Origin: Lepidodermella squamata
Lineage: Eukaryota > Animalia > Gastrotricha
Direction: 5' to 3'
Length of the DNA stretch: 64,000 nucleotides
Assembly: GCA_047495785.1 (NCBI GenBank)
Contig: JBLDXI010000020.1
Location: 1,736,001-1,800,000 of the forward strand
Part shown: one piece after another, positions 63,340-64,000 of the stretch
Numbering within the stretch: the first letter of the stretch is position 1
Layout of the letters: each line of letters starts with the position of its first letter
Translations under genes and position numbers: made by a program
Notes under the pieces: generated by a model
Database searches by the model: none
What the model was told of the DNA's origin: nothing
The model's input: the letters and a program-made list of their open reading frames with translations, nothing else

Positions 63340-63735
63340 CTAGCCGAATACAGCGAATCTGTGGCTGGTCAGTTCCTTGAGATTCTTCTCCATTACAGCG
63401 GGCTTCTTAGCATTTCCAGAGGGCGAATTAGAGTCTGCCGATAATAGCTGCTCTATAGCAGCAGATACCAACTCTTCCTTAGCTTGTTTGGGGTTCGATG
63501 GATGAGGATTCTTTCGGTCCTTTTGCTTGCCTTTGTTCTGAAATCGCAAAGGTGAAAAAATGGCCGTCGGTTTTGGGCTGATTAGCAATTCGCCGCGGTC
63601 TAAAAACCCGGATGACTCATGCGATTGATCATTGACGCTACGCTGTGCTAATTCAATAGCTGGCATTTGCAGTGTAAAATCGAACAGCACCACGCCAAAA
63701 ACACCTATCACCACGATATTTGGCAAGCAGTTCAT
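63340..63735 (-). CDS. Secreted AVF-G family precursor 3 (131 aa)
   Basis: Signal peptide; GFLDRGELLISPKP; IFSPLRF; ends NLKELTSHRFAVFG*. Confidence 0.85.
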   Translation of the reverse strand: MNCLPNIVVIGVFGVVLFDFTLQMPAIELAQRSVNDQSHESSGFLDRGELLISPKPTAIFSPLRFQNKGKQKDRKNPHPSNPKQAKEELVSAAIEQLLSADSNSPSGNAKKPAVMEKNLKELTSHRFAVFG

Positions 63736-64000
63736 GTTTCGCTACTAGAAAATGTGAATATTAAACCACGGGTGTGACATATAGTATTTAAATTCGAAGT
63801 GACCCTTGTGGATAAAATACATTATCGGTTAATTAAAAATGACTGTAGTTTTTATTTGATTAAATTATAACAAGAATCAGTCACGCCCACCGGTCTCAGC
63901 AGACCTTAATTTTATTCGAGAAAGGTGTCGCGCAATAAAATGATGACCTTTTACGATGTAATTTGGACAGAAAAAAACTATTTAAAATTAGAGAACTGTC

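Noticed and set aside
1-64000. tRNA, rRNA or other structured ncRNA genes
   Set aside because: None recognisable by eye; a covariance-model search (Infernal, tRNAscan-SE) would be needed to exclude them.

Overview
AT-rich eukaryotic (animal) genomic DNA, not prokaryotic. Genes carry very short GT-AG introns (about 50-60 nt, T-rich ...TTTAG/TTTCAG acceptors), which is worm-like; the taxon cannot be fixed from sequence. In order: (1) 3' part of a gene with a disordered S/T/P-rich tail (open from base 2 to 2480). (2) A tandem array of six + strand orphan secreted-protein genes sharing a CGxxP...[YF]xxC two-cysteine domain (3108-10668). (3) A stand-alone peptide-amidating lyase, PAL (11967-13558). 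(4) A divergent STAG/SCC3-like cohesin subunit truncated at both ends (- strand, 13742-16837). (5) An intronless Frag1/DRAM/Sfk1-like membrane protein and a small six-cysteine secreted peptide. (6) Two paralogous, head-to-head nuclear receptors with the rare CEACKK P-box (22596-28539 minus; 52584-57507 plus), separated by about 24 kb of non-coding, MITE-rich DNA. (7) A second tandem array of seven intronless - strand secreted precursors (57889-63735); four end in an amidation signal (-AVF-G three times, -YSLF-GR once) and several carry internal LR(F/H/S)G motifs. Best candidate for an undescribed system: a secretory-peptide locus combining two orphan peptide families, an amidating enzyme and two atypical nuclear receptors, with AGGTCA half-sites near many of the peptide genes. 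Exon structures were derived by hand; family calls rest on remembered motifs, not database searches.
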